Source: an uncultured Cytophagales bacterium (GTDB lineage Bacteria; Bacteroidota; Bacteroidia; Cytophagales; JAAEPT01). From it: a stretch of 64,000 nucleotides of DNA. The stretch is from assembly GCA_963815495.1 (NCBI GenBank), contig CAWFGW010000007.1:129531-193530 (forward strand), given 5' to 3'. The translations under genes and the position numbers were made by a program. Under the pieces are notes generated by a model. The model did no database searches and was not told the DNA's origin. It saw only the letters and a program-made list of their open reading frames with translations. Position 1 is the first letter of the stretch; each line of letters begins with the position of its first letter. Positions 28,172-39,575 of the stretch are shown one piece after another.

Positions 28172-29077
28172 TTAACCTGTAAATCCTCTAGTGTAAATAG
28201 TCCCCCCACCAGTATGGTTTTTCAAATACTCATGTAGATTATAGGAATAAACTGGAATCGAACATTCATTGATTAAATCTTCAGTATGACTACCATAGAA
28301 ATAATGTAATGCCCCTGTTCTTCCGTGAGTGGAAAGCGCTATCATATCAGCTGCTTCTCGTTCAATAAATTCTTTTATACCAGATTTTACATCATTAGCA
28401 TTATAAACAAACAACTTATAATCACCGAGCATAAACTTACGAGCTAATTTTTTAGCTTCAAGCTCTATTTGTTTAGTGGTTTTAAAATGTTTAGGTGTAT
28501 TTACATATAACAATTTTAATGTCCCATTAAACTTTTCTTTAATTAGTTTAATTCGCTGTAAAAAACCCATCGTTATGGATTCAAAGTCAGTACACAACAC
28601 AATATTTTGTGGATTAAACGCAGGAAGCATGGTTTTAGAGGTCAAAACGGGAGTCATGGAATGACGAGCAACTACTTCAGCGAACGATTCTCCTTCTTGC
28701 TCATCACCTGCAGTACCCATTACGATTAAACCATAAGTAGTGTGATTGATATCTTCAATCAATTCGCTTACTACATCATTATTATATGACATAGATGTTT
28801 TCGTGGTAACACTCACACCCTCAAACTCTTTTCTTTTAGCGATAGAATTTAATTTATCATTAATTTCTTTTTGTTCCTCTGAATCCAATGCCGCAAAACT
28901 TGCCATATTGTTAATTAAGGAAGTCCCATTCCAATGGCTTACTAAATCTTCAACATGTGATTTTGTAATATTCAACACACATACATCTGTTTTAAATGCT
29001 CGTGCGAGTGATCCTGCTATTGCGTAAGCTTTTTCTGCTTCTTGTGAAAAATCTGTCGGTACTAATATGGTCTTCAT
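28172..29077 (-). CDS. tandem-domain universal stress protein
   Basis: Two Usp domains (MKTILVPTDFS... and IVLCTDFES...). ATG 29077 preferred over the track start. Confidence 0.8.
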   Translation of the reverse strand: MKTILVPTDFSQEAEKAYAIAGSLARAFKTDVCVLNITKSHVEDLVSHWNGTSLINNMASFAALDSEEQKEINDKLNSIAKRKEFEGVSVTTKTSMSYNNDVVSELIEDINHTTYGLIVMGTAGDEQEGESFAEVVARHSMTPVLTSKTMLPAFNPQNIVLCTDFESITMGFLQRIKLIKEKFNGTLKLLYVNTPKHFKTTKQIELEAKKLARKFMLGDYKLFVYNANDVKSGIKEFIEREAADMIALSTHGRTGALHYFYGSHTEDLINECSIPVYSYNLHEYLKNHTGGGTIYTRGFTG

Positions 29078-29235
29078 AATGCTTAATGTTTTAATTAAAA
29101 GAAACAAGTTTGTCTTTTTAAGATAACAAATCAATTACAAAAATCATATTACAACCTGATTATCCTCAAGTTATTAATCCTACTGATAACATAGAAAATC
29201 TCTATTAAATTTAACGTAAGAAAACTACTCTTAAA

Positions 29236-29753
29236 ATGAATATACGTCAACAACTATTGAAAGAACATTCAAAATCAAACACAGAATTAATAGCTTCTTA
29301 CATCAATAAAAATGAAGCATTTTTTAACGAATTAATTAGACTCTTCTTATCTGATGAAGGGAAAGTTACACAACGAGCAAGCTGGGTAGTTAGTAAATGT
29401 ACTGACCAACACCCTCATCTTAATTATCCCACATCTAGAACAATTGATTCTAAATTTAGACAACCCAACTATTCATGTAGCTGTTAAAAGAAACACATTG
29501 CGTGTATTAGAAAAAGTAGTGATTCCAGAGAAATTATGTGGCTTAGTGGCTAACTTGTGTTTTCAATTTTTAGAGAATAAAGAACCTATTGCAGTAAAAG
29601 CTTTTTCGATAACGGTACTCGCCAACATGCTACCACAAATATCCCGAATTAGCGAATGAATTAAAAGTAATACTTCAAAACCAACTCCCTTATTCATCTC
29701 CTGGCTTTAAGCACCGAGCCAATAAAGTGTTAAAACAGATTTCAAGACTGTAA
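29236..29753 (+). pseudogene. helical-repeat hypothetical protein read through three frames
   Basis: ORFs 29236-29487 and 29444-29659 plus a tail ending at TAA 29751-29753 appear to form one ~170-aa protein if shifts are allowed near 29420-29445 and ~29650. Confidence 0.4.
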
Positions 29754-29935
29754 AAAGAATATCTTATATTTGATTTTCAATTCAGTAATCATGAAAAAAA
29801 TTAGATACATACAGATAGTTCTAGTCTTTGGGTTTTTAACTAATTTGTTTCTCTTTCACACCCCAAACAAACACTTCAATTTCTTTCCTTAGTAAAGACT
29901 CAACTCAGGTACAAGAAAATGATACAATTTGGAAT

Positions 29936-30208
29936 GTGGTAGTTTATGTGGAATTTGGTGTTGATACCAATGGACATATTCATGATGTAAAAGCGGAAGA
30001 TCAATTTGAGTGCATGCGATGCGATTCAACAATGATTAATGACCTTAAAAATGAAGCGGTAGCAACAGTTGAAGCCATGTCACATTGGGATAACTATCAA
30101 CACAAAGATATCAAATACGAAATTCCAGTGCATATGGTGCGCACCCACCCTCACCCACAGCATAAAGTACACCATCATCAAGATAGCATTCGTGTTGACA
30201 CCGACTAA
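29936..30208 (+). CDS. His-rich hypothetical protein, possibly the C-terminal part of a disrupted secreted protein
   Basis: 90-aa ORF. An upstream signal-peptide-like ORF starting at ATG 29791 lies in another frame. Confidence 0.3.
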   Translation: MVVYVEFGVDTNGHIHDVKAEDQFECMRCDSTMINDLKNEAVATVEAMSHWDNYQHKDIKYEIPVHMVRTHPHPQHKVHHHQDSIRVDTD

Positions 30209-30210
30209 TT

Positions 30211-31260
30211 TTACTCTTCTTCTTTATTATAAAACAGTTTAATGAATTTCATTTTTCGTTCTTCATCATATCCTTGCTCCATGTAATCATGTCCACCATG
30301 TACATATACATGAAATTTCTTATCAAGCTTTAAGACACTTTTGAAAAACTTTTTTTGTGACTTCACCGCTGCTTTTGAAATATCAAATTCATCGTAAATT
30401 TGAACATCATTCCGTTTGGAAAAATTAGATTTATAATCATCAAACGCTTCGAATAAACCATTATCAGTGATTACTTCTTCACGAAACTCATCTTTATTAA
30501 ACACCTCATGGTTATTAAAATAATCCATCGACTTCTCAATCATTTTCAATTGATCGGTTTTAGGTACATCAAAATCATCATTGAATACATCTTTCACAAA
30601 CCCTTTACAAAGCTGCATATAGTTACCTGTATGATAAAACTGGTCTTCTTTCGGTTTTGCTTGTAAATAATCATGCATCCAATACCGAGCGGTATCTGAA
30701 GATTTGTTCGTGGCATCAACTACACACACCCGATAGCCATTTTCTTCATCAGAGTCAAACACTAAACACCCTTTATCCAGTTTGTTAATGTTTACTCCTT
30801 GCTGTGATTCCACCACAACATCACTGTACTTTTGGTAAACTTTTAAAAAAGTATCTTTAGTTTCTGATTTAAAAATCCCAATTGCATCTGCATATTCACC
30901 TCTAATCTGACAATCGGTAAAATAAACTACATAAAACTCCCCTCCTTTGATATTAGGATGTAACGAGGTTTCATATAAATGTTTAGCAAGGTTAATCGAT
31001 TGAAAATGTAATTTCTCAGGGTCTTGAAATATCTCTTTACAAAATGAGTAAACTTCATTAAACTGTAAACCTGACTCATGAGTAAATTCATATAAACCAT
31101 TTTCTTTAAAAGGTTTTAAAAAATAGGTTTTTAAAACATCCATCAAATCTTCATCCAACACTAAGTTAGAGTTAGATAAAAACAACTCTTCTTCTTGTGT
31201 TTTGTTACCAACAGAATGAACAACTATTTTATCTAGTTCGGTCTCTTTAAAATCCAACAT
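30211..31260 (-). CDS. NdpA/YejK-like nucleoid-associated protein
   Basis: 349 aa. The N-terminus IVVHSVGNK is typical of the family as I recall it. Confidence 0.6.
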   Translation of the reverse strand: MLDFKETELDKIVVHSVGNKTQEEELFLSNSNLVLDEDLMDVLKTYFLKPFKENGLYEFTHESGLQFNEVYSFCKEIFQDPEKLHFQSINLAKHLYETSLHPNIKGGEFYVVYFTDCQIRGEYADAIGIFKSETKDTFLKVYQKYSDVVVESQQGVNINKLDKGCLVFDSDEENGYRVCVVDATNKSSDTARYWMHDYLQAKPKEDQFYHTGNYMQLCKGFVKDVFNDDFDVPKTDQLKMIEKSMDYFNNHEVFNKDEFREEVITDNGLFEAFDDYKSNFSKRNDVQIYDEFDISKAAVKSQKKFFKSVLKLDKKFHVYVHGGHDYMEQGYDEERKMKFIKLFYNKEEE

Positions 31261-31508
31261 GGGCTTTGTTAATAATTTATTTTAAGAAAAATATCGAATA
31301 ACAAAGTAAACATTTAGTTAATCTAGCTCCAAAAATTAGAATTTTAAATCTGATTTTAATCCATCTAAAGTCATAAATATTAAAAAAATCCATTTTTATT
31401 ACATCACTCAACACACTAGTTACCAGTAAATTACAGACCAAAGAATCAAAACCTTTAGAAAAACAATTTCGTTATGAATAATATGTGTAACTAAAAAAGA
31501 AGGAAATC

Positions 31509-31974
31509 ATGAAAAAGTTAATCTTAGTATTACTAGCACTCGTGGTTATTACTGGCTACGCAAACACTGATACAGTTACTGATTTATCAGCAATTGCTAA
31601 ACTCAAGACAAAGTGGTACAAACTCACCCACCATGAGTCGAAGTTAAAAATAGAAAAAGACTGTAAGGCTAACCCTGAAGTCATTCATATCACTAAAGAA
31701 GGTAACCATTTTTTTTTAATTCACTCCATGGGTACTGGAATCAGAATCGTTTCAAATCACTAAATGTGTAATGAGACCCACAAACAACAGTGTAGAACAA
31801 ACACTTGACTTAGAATTAGTGCACCCTGTAACTGGTCAAACCTATCAGGTTATGGTAAAATACTCAATGAATCAAACGATGTGGAAAGGACTAACTAGTC
31901 CAAATTCTACTCACCTATTCACAAGTGAAGAAGAAACAGACTCATTTGATAGTATTATTAAAACTTGTGAATAA
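31509..31974 (+). CDS. secreted hypothetical protein, apparently split into two ORFs (31509-31763, 31771-31974)
   Basis: Signal peptide MKKLILVLLALVVITGYA. The second frame is already open from 31720, which suggests a shift between 31720 and 31763. Confidence 0.35.
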
Positions 31975-31989
31975 TTTTTTTTAATAGGA

Positions 31990-32031
31990 ACTGCGTTGAA
32001 AATGGGGGATATTTTCAACGCAGTATTTTTT
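31990..32031. terminator. bidirectional intrinsic terminator
   Basis: 14-bp stem ACTGCGTTGAAAAT/ATTTTCAACGCAGT followed by a T-run, between convergent genes. Confidence 0.7.
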
Positions 32032-32438
32032 ATGCTTGCCACATTTGTTTCACAATCTCTTGATTAATTAAAAGTACAAACCGTGAAGGGTTTGGAATTA
32101 ATGCCAACCGAATGTCTACTCCCTGATCTAAATAATCTTCTATATCAATAGTGACACCTGGGTCATCACCTAATTCAATCTTGTTTACCTTCTCCTTCTA
32201 ACATTTGTGGTAAATAGGAAGTGGGTAATAACACTTCTGAATCAGACTTTAATTCAGTTAATATATCACCTACTATTTCCTCTAGTGAATCACCATACTT
32301 GTCTACAAAATCGTCTTCAAGGTCATGCAACTCATCCTCTACTTCATCATACGCTTCATCGCTGTAAGACAGTTTTGTGAGTTTTGTTCTTAATACAAGA
32401 ATTTCATTGAGTGTTTTGTCCAGTTCTTTAAAATCCAT
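32030..32438 (-). CDS. acidic hypothetical protein, probably frameshifted near 32175-32190
   Basis: The 87-aa ORF ends at 32175. An adjacent frame continues VNKIELGDDPGVTIDIEDYLDQGVDIRLALIPNP... to TAA 32030. Confidence 0.35.
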
Positions 32439-32540
32439 TAATCGTTTTTTTTCTACAAATTAAGAGCTTTTCCGTTAAAAAGCTTTCCAAAAAAGCGGAA
32501 AATAAAGTACATTTCATGAATAATTAAGTCGAGAAACAGA

Positions 32541-34271
32541 ATGGAAGCAGTAGTAAAAGATAAAATTGAAAACTGGTTATCAGGCGCCTATGATAAGGAA
32601 ACTAAAGATATTATTAGTAAACTTTTAGCCGAAAAAAAAGAAGAAGAATTAACTGACTCTTTTTATAAAGAATTAGAATTTGGAACAGGTGGCCTTCGCG
32701 GTATTATGGGCGTTGGATCCAACCGAGTCAACAAATACACTATTGGAAGCGCGACACAAGGTCTAGCAAATTATTTAATTCAATGTTACCCTAATGAAGA
32801 GATTAGTATTGCTATAGCTTATGACAGTAGAAACAACAGTGCTTACTTTGCACAAATCACTGCAGATGTATTTTCAGCAAACGGCATCAAAGTCTATCTT
32901 TTTGAGGACTTAAGACCAACACCTGAGTTGTCTTTCGCAATTCGTTATTTTGGATGTAAAAGTGGTATCGTTTTAACAGCCTCACATAATCCGAAGGAAT
33001 ACAATGGTTACAAAGCCTATTGGAATGATGGTGCACAAATGATAGCTCCTCATGATGCTAATGTGATTAAAGAAGTAAGAAAGATTGATACCATTTCGAA
33101 GGTTAATTTTGAAGCAAACCCGAATCTAATTCAAAAAATTGGTAAAGAAGTGGATGAGGCTTACCTCGCAGAAATAAAAAAACTAACCGTTTCTCCCGAT
33201 GCTATTGCCCGTCAAGCTGACTTAAAAATAGTATTCTCCCCTATTCACGGCACAGGAATTACTTGTGTGCCGCAAATCCTAAAAAGTTTCGGATTTAATA
33301 ATGTACACGTTGTTGAAGAACAAGCTACTCCTGACGGCAATTTTCCAACGGTAGTTTATCCGAATCCAGAAGAAGCTGAAGCACTAAGTTTGGCGTTAAA
33401 TAAAGGAAAAGAAATTGATGCTGACTTAATAATGGCAACGGATCCTGATGCTGACCGCGTTGGGATAGCGGTTAAAAACCATAAAGGTGAATTCCAGCTT
33501 TTAAATGGTAACCAAACAGGTAGTTTGTTAGTGTATTATATGCTACAAGCATGGAAACAAAAAAACAAATTGACTGGCAACGAGTTTATCGTTAAAACAA
33601 TTGTAACCTCAGAGTTAATTAAAGCAATTGCTGACAAGTTAGATGTTGAGTGTTATGATACCTTAACCGGTTTTAAGTTTATCGCTGGCTTAATTCGTGA
33701 ATTTGAAGGCAAAAAACAATTTATATGTGGAGGTGAAGAAAGTTACGGATACCTTGTTGGAGATGCTGTAAGAGATAAAGATGCAATTGCTTCTTGTGCC
33801 TTTATTGCGGAAATGGTTGCTTATGCCAAAGATCAAGGCAAATCTATATTTGATTTATTGCTTGATATCTATGTGGAATTTGGCTTTTATAAAGAATCAC
33901 TCATCTCAATCACTAAAAAAGGGAAAGCTGGTGCTGAGGAAATCAAACAAATGATGACCAGCTTTAGAGAAAATCCTCCAAAAATAGTTGCCGGGTCAAA
34001 ATTAGTTTTGGTTAAGGATTATTTAAACCAAGTGGAAACTAACTTCACAAATGGAGAGAAAAAAACTATTGACTTACCAAAATCGGATGTATTACAGTTT
34101 TTTACTGAAGATGGAAGTAAAATATCTGCTCGACCTTCAGGTACTGAACCTAAAATTAAATTTTACTTTGGTGTAAAAGAAACGTTGCAGTCAAAAGCTG
34201 ATTATGACAAAGTAAATGAACTTCTCGATAAGAAATTGCAGTCCATTATAAAAGACTTAAACATTCAATAA
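32541..34271 (+). CDS. phosphoglucomutase/phosphomannomutase-family phospho-sugar mutase
   Basis: Active-site TASHNP, metal loop DPDADR, and GEESYG sugar-binding loop. Confidence 0.9.
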   Translation: MEAVVKDKIENWLSGAYDKETKDIISKLLAEKKEEELTDSFYKELEFGTGGLRGIMGVGSNRVNKYTIGSATQGLANYLIQCYPNEEISIAIAYDSRNNSAYFAQITADVFSANGIKVYLFEDLRPTPELSFAIRYFGCKSGIVLTASHNPKEYNGYKAYWNDGAQMIAPHDANVIKEVRKIDTISKVNFEANPNLIQKIGKEVDEAYLAEIKKLTVSPDAIARQADLKIVFSPIHGTGITCVPQILKSFGFNNVHVVEEQATPDGNFPTVVYPNPEEAEALSLALNKGKEIDADLIMATDPDADRVGIAVKNHKGEFQLLNGNQTGSLLVYYMLQAWKQKNKLTGNEFIVKTIVTSELIKAIADKLDVECYDTLTGFKFIAGLIREFEGKKQFICGGEESYGYLVGDAVRDKDAIASCAFIAEMVAYAKDQGKSIFDLLLDIYVEFGFYKESLISITKKGKAGAEEIKQMMTSFRENPPKIVAGSKLVLVKDYLNQVETNFTNGEKKTIDLPKSDVLQFFTEDGSKISARPSGTEPKIKFYFGVKETLQSKADYDKVNELLDKKLQSIIKDLNIQ

Positions 34272-34273
34272 AT

Positions 34274-34307
34274 AAAAAAAGCCAAGATTTAAATCTTGGC
34301 TTTTTTT
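34274..34307. terminator. bidirectional intrinsic terminator
   Basis: A7-GCCAAGATTT/AAATCTTGGC-T7. Confidence 0.75.
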
Positions 34308-35061
34308 ATTCCCCTAATAATTGTGTATTTATTCCTAATATATGTGATTCCCTATAATCATTAATAAAACCATTCGAAATGGAGTCTTTCCCCGAAATAG
34401 TCATTTCATTAAAAAACTTTTTTAAATCAATTTCTAAATAATCCTTCAACATTACTGTTGCTAGCGGCTTATAACTCCAATGCCAGGGTTCAAATTTAAA
34501 TCCATTTCTATTTTCATCATTCGTATATGCTTGATAAAAACCAAAAGCATTGGCATTCAAGAGCATCCAATCGTATAATTTCGAATAAACACCACCTGAC
34601 AAATAATGTCTTTCTAAAAAAGGATCTGATGGCATTGATATTTTTAAATCAACAATATCTAAGTCTGTACCCCAGTGATGCCTACTAGTACCGGGAATAG
34701 TGGAATATTCAATAATTTTTTTTATCACTTGTTTCTCAGAATAACCATGTGAAGAAAAAGACTTGAACTTACGCTCCCAAATGGCTAACTGACGGTTATA
34801 GCTCCTGTAACTTGATTGTGAATAAATATCTATCCCTTCTTTTGCTGCGGCCTCACACATCAATTCAAATGCATCGCCAGCTTCTTTTCTTAAAACATAT
34901 CTTCCCTTTACTAAATCATAAGGCTCATTTATTCCAACTAAAATTTTTTCATCCTCATTTAATAAGGGCTCGGAAAAAATTGAATGAGGGAGTAAAAAAG
35001 TCCCCCCTAAGAACAAACCTGATTTAATTAAAAATTCTCTTCTAGTTGTTTTAAATCCCAT
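34306..35061 (-). CDS. M15-family (VanY-like) D-Ala-D-Ala carboxypeptidase with Tat-like signal
   Basis: TRREFL twin-Arg signal. SYRSY ... SRHHWGTDLD ... EPWHW zinc-ligand motifs. Confidence 0.75.
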   Translation of the reverse strand: MGFKTTRREFLIKSGLFLGGTFLLPHSIFSEPLLNEDEKILVGINEPYDLVKGRYVLRKEAGDAFELMCEAAAKEGIDIYSQSSYRSYNRQLAIWERKFKSFSSHGYSEKQVIKKIIEYSTIPGTSRHHWGTDLDIVDLKISMPSDPFLERHYLSGGVYSKLYDWMLLNANAFGFYQAYTNDENRNGFKFEPWHWSYKPLATVMLKDYLEIDLKKFFNEMTISGKDSISNGFINDYRESHILGINTQLLGE

Positions 35062-36131
35062 ACACCTGTAGTTAAGTTATAATGTAACCTTTCTCCCTGT
35101 AACGAAAGAGGCGATGTAAGGTTATTATTATAAAGTTTACCTGTCCCTAAACCTTGAGGCATACACGTTATTAAATTGAGCTACATATTGACTAATTGCC
35201 GCTAAACCAACATTAGACTCTAAAGCAGAGGTAATCCACCAATCAATATTTAATTCTTGAGCTAGACGAAATCCATTCATTTGTTTCTCTAAATCCACCC
35301 AAGTAAAGTGGGTTTTAGAATAATATATTGAGGTAATATTTCTCTAATAATTCTTCTTTTTTTAACTAAGTAAAACCCTCCAATTAACTCTTCATCTAAG
35401 GCAATGGGTAAAGGTGACTGCCTACATAGTTGTGCCATTTCTTCCATTTGACCTGCCTTGATAGGTTGTTCAATTGAATGAAGGTGAAATTTTGATAAGA
35501 TAGTTAATTTTTCAAGTGCTTCATCGATGCCAAAAGCACCATTCGCATCTACCCTTAACTCTAAATCACTGGACTATAATTGATTACGTATGGATTGGAG
35601 TATAGAACATTCTTGAGCAAAATCTATTGCTCCAATCTTAAGTTTTAGACACTTAAACCCTTCCTTCAGTTTTGTCTCAATTTGTTTGAGCATAAACTCC
35701 TTGTCACCCATCCAAATCAATCCATTAATCAGTATAGACTGTTGGCCTCTCGAAAACTCATTATCAAAATAAATTCGTTGACTACCATTTAAATAATCTA
35801 ACAAAGCTGATTCTAGAGCAAATTTAACAGAAGGATATTTATTTGGAATTACAGACGAGACATAGTCAAAAACTGTATCAGTAGTTAAATTACTAGGTAT
35901 TTCAAGTTGACTTAATAAACTAGAAGCTAAAGCTAAAAAATCAGGATAATCATCAACACTAAGTTGAGGAAGTGGTCCAGCCTCTCCAATTCCCAAGATA
36001 TTATTATCGCTATCTTTTATTACTAAAAAATAAGTTACTTTTTCAGTAAGAACGCCTCGAGAGGTACCAGCTTTAAATTTAAACAGTAATTTATGCGGAA
36101 CTAATTGAATTGAAATATTCGGGCTTGACAA
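35028..36131 (-). pseudogene. menC: o-succinylbenzoate synthase (enolase superfamily) with one in-frame TAG and at least two frameshifts
   Basis: The 185-aa ORF ends at TAG 35574-35576. The same frame then continues SSDLELRVDANGAFGIDEALEKL...IEQPIKAG...ALDEELIG. Shifts near ~35297 and ~35170 are needed to reach ...WWITSALESNVGLAAISQY... and MPQGLGTGKLY... with TAA at 35028. Confidence 0.7.
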
Positions 36132-36145
36132 TGTTAAATATGAAG

Positions 36146-38309
36146 TTATTTTAAAATCTTAAACTCTGTTCTTCTATTCAGCTCTCTGCCTTCTTCTTCA
36201 TCATCGTTACTGGCAATTGGCTGTTCTTCACCATATCCTACAGCAGTTAGTCGAGATTTTGGAATCCCTTGTTTGACCAAATAATCTACTACTGCTTGTG
36301 CTCTTTTTTGTGACAATGATTTATTATACGAATCATTACCTATATTATCTGTATATCCTCCAATTTCTACTTTGACATCAGACTTTGACGACATTAAACA
36401 AGCTAATTTATCTAATTCATCATAGGATGATTTTTGTAATGTAGCTTCATTAAAATTAAAATAAACATGATGTAAAACACGCTTACAACCTGTTTCAACA
36501 TCATCCATTTTAAAGTGATTTTTTGCTTCTTTTACTGATTTCTCATCGTTTTTACTGTGTTATTTGGGTTGAGTTTGTTTTATCGGAGACAAAACTCGAA
36601 GTAGAAACTTTGTCGTTTGTGTCTGAGAAGATGATGTTTCACCCGTTATATCTTCCTCCTCCTTAAACTCATCAACAACTTCTTCTGTGTCTTCCTCCTC
36701 TTCATCTACTTCAATAGCTACAATTTCTTCATCTTCAGGGACAGCAGATTTCATATTGGAAGAAATTAATTCTGGTGCTACAGCATTTAATTCAATGTCA
36801 AAAATATAATCCAAAGGATCTTTTTCTTTTAAAATTGGAACCAAGTATTCAAAAGTACCTAAGGTTTGACCATTCTTATCTTCAATAATTACTGAATAAC
36901 TTCTATCCGATAAAATGTTCACTAAATACTTACCGGTTTCTTTAGTTACATCAGAAGCCATTTCCTCCTCTTCACCTTCAGCAATAAATTTTATACTTAA
37001 ATTAGGTACTGGTTCTTTCGTGTTTTCATCTTTAACAACACCTGCTGATATGAACATTCGGTGTAAACTGAACTTTATAAATATCTTTTTCACCTAAACC
37101 ATCTCGTCTGTAAGATGAAAAATAGCCACTCCAATTGTCTTCATTTGAGTAATAAAAATAAATATCATCACTAGGTGTATTTAGTGGATATCCTAAGTTT
37201 ACTGGTTTCGACCACGAATTTGTTGATTCATCATAAAAAGACTTAAAGACATCAAATCCACCCATGCTAGTGTGGCCATTAGAACTAAAGAAAAGCGTTT
37301 TACCATCTGTTGATATAAATGGAGAGGTTTCATCATATTCTGTATTGATATTACTTCCTAAACTTTTAGGTTCTGACCATCCATTGGCTGTTTTTGTAAC
37401 TACAAACAAATCAGAATTATCATGATTAGTAGAATTAAAGTTGGATGAATAAATCATCTTATCACCTGCTTTATTTACATAGGCATCAATTTCAGGCCAA
37501 ACGGTGTTAATTGACTCCATAGGAACTGGGTCAGTCCAATCTCCATTGACTAAATCAGAATGGTACAAATCACCTGCACCAGTGTTTCTGTATAACAATA
37601 GTTTCGTGTCATTATCATATAACTGAACAGTTGCATCATGTCCTTCTAAATTATGCTCAAAATGTTTTGGTTTTAACCATTTACCATTTTCATCGCGAGT
37701 AGAAATAAGTACTTCTTCTGAAAAATTACCACTTTCACTTTCACCATCTTCAGTATATTTTCTTGCGGTAATCATCATGGTGTTACCGTCTTGAGTTATT
37801 ACAGGGCTATGTTCGTCTGTTGCTGTATTAATTGGGGCACCAATATTATCAATTCGATAAAAACTTCTCTTACCAACAAATTCTTTAGCATACCCACACT
37901 CAAGGATGAATTTATTGATATCATCTGTCCGAGGATCATTTTTAGAAATAGTTTCTAAATATTTATTATAATATTCTATAGCTTTATCAAACTTATAATT
38001 TAGATGATAAGCTCTTCCTAACCAATAATCTTGATACTTATCAATATCTTCATCAATTGAAATTGCCTTTTCCATTTTTTCTAAAGCCTCTGGATGGCGA
38101 TAAGATCCCAAATAAGCTTTTCCTAGATTAAAAAGTGCTTCACTATTTTCTGGCTCTTCTTTTAATACTAATCTATAATCATTAGCAGCCTTCCTGTAGT
38201 GCTCATATTCTAAATGATTATTTCCTTCTTTTAAAAACTTCTTGGTGTCCTGTCCTTGACTTACAACAACTATTAAAACTGCTATAAATGCAAAAATTAT
38301 TCTTTTCAT
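36146..38309 (-). pseudogene. OmpA-family outer-membrane protein (TPR + TolB-like beta-propeller + OmpA C-terminal domain), disrupted
   Basis: The 425-aa ORF holds a signal peptide, TPR repeats and PD40-like repeats. A frameshift near 37040-37090 leads into the 177-aa ORF. An in-frame TAA at 36560-36562 separates that ORF from the OmpA_C ORF (NIGNDSYNKSLSQKRAQAV...NRRTEF); I verified the two are in the same frame. Confidence 0.7.
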
Positions 38310-38420
38310 AAATTCTTAAAATCAGATAGAATCAACTTGAAGGATACAAACTACAAAATTTAACACAATTAAGAATAATAAAATGCTCAAAACCGCTTCT
38401 ATAGCCACCTTAACATAGCA

Positions 38421-39486
38421 CTAATCTATTACTTTTCCTGTTAAAACAATTTCTGTAATCGATGAATAAGGTGAGTTAGAAATAACATAAATATACTTCT
38501 TCTGAGTTCCTGAGCGATTATTTGTTAAAAAATCAACGATCAACAAACTAGTTTCTCCAGGTGGAATTATTTTATCCTTCAATTCCGCTACCAGACAACT
38601 ACAGGTAGATTGTATTTTTCTTATTATCAATGTATCTTTTCCGATATTTTTAAAATCCAAACGTCATGCTTATAACTTTCGCCTTCTTTTAAAGACCCCA
38701 TCTGCAAATGAGTTGTATCAAATTTAATAAAGGGATAATTTGATCGGGATTTTCTTCAAAAAACTCCAGAATTGTTGCATGAATACTTAAGTCAATAGTA
38801 TTGTACTTTTTTTGGCTTGAAGCTTAAAACTACCTTGATCAGTTTTATACCCCCAATCATTTGCTTTTAAAGGATCATAATTAAGTTTTAAATCAATAAA
38901 AGAATGAGGTTCAACTACGTTTGTATCAAACGCATAGTTAATATGAGAAGGAAAAAGATGTAAAGAATCAATCATATTGTATAGGAGTATCACATGCGTT
39001 ATACAGCAAAAATGATTTTTCAACAGTCTGATTTGAATAAATTTCACCAAAGTTTATGGCTTTCGAAGTAAAATGTAGACAACCAACTTGTTCTCTATAA
39101 TTCAATTCAAGATCTTTCTCTTTAATAGGGACTACTGTTCCTGTCAAAATCAATTTAATGGTATCATTTTGAGTTACTACATCGATTTCTTTATATATGA
39201 CACCAGGTCTATTTAGTGGGTTAAATTCTACTAAAACATGTCCTGTATCAGCATTTATTGACTTTGTCCATCGTGTAGCCAAACAACCACAGCTAGTAAT
39301 TACGGTGTCAATTTTAAAATCTGAACCTTGTCTACGTTTAAATTGATAACTAATTTGTTGAATACCAGCATCTTCACGTACCACACCAAGATTAACCTTA
39401 TCGTAAAAAAAGGGACTGGTGGAAATTTGAGAAAAAGCTGCAAGAGGAAACAGTATCAGATATATAAACAAATAGTTCTTATGCAT
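38421..39486 (-). pseudogene. multi-domain DUF1573 protein with at least three frameshifts
   Basis: Three DUF1573-like units (ITSCGCLAT...; LLYNACDTPI...; IQSTCSCLVAEL...PPGE) are spread over ORFs 38968-39486, 38787-39050 and 38421-38660 in different frames. Confidence 0.55.
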
Positions 39487-39575
39487 TAAAATTGGTTTTT
39501 GAATGACCGTTTAACTTATTTACTTTAGCGAAAGTATTATATAAATAGGATAACTAAAACTATTCAGAAAAAATC

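Noticed and set aside
35574-36562. Stop-codon reassignment or programmed read-through as an explanation for the in-frame TAG and TAA
   Set aside because: TAA, TAG and TGA all terminate well-supported genes throughout the window (pgm, cas1, cas2, nadA and others). The same genes also carry frameshifts, so decay is the simpler explanation.
17819-39486. Sequencing or assembly indel error as the sole cause of the broken genes
   Set aside because: Not fully excluded, but disfavoured. Lesions are concentrated two or three per gene while ~10 kb of interleaved ORFs and the following 24 kb are clean. Two lesions are substitutions. Most indels are outside homopolymers. Read-level verification is still needed.
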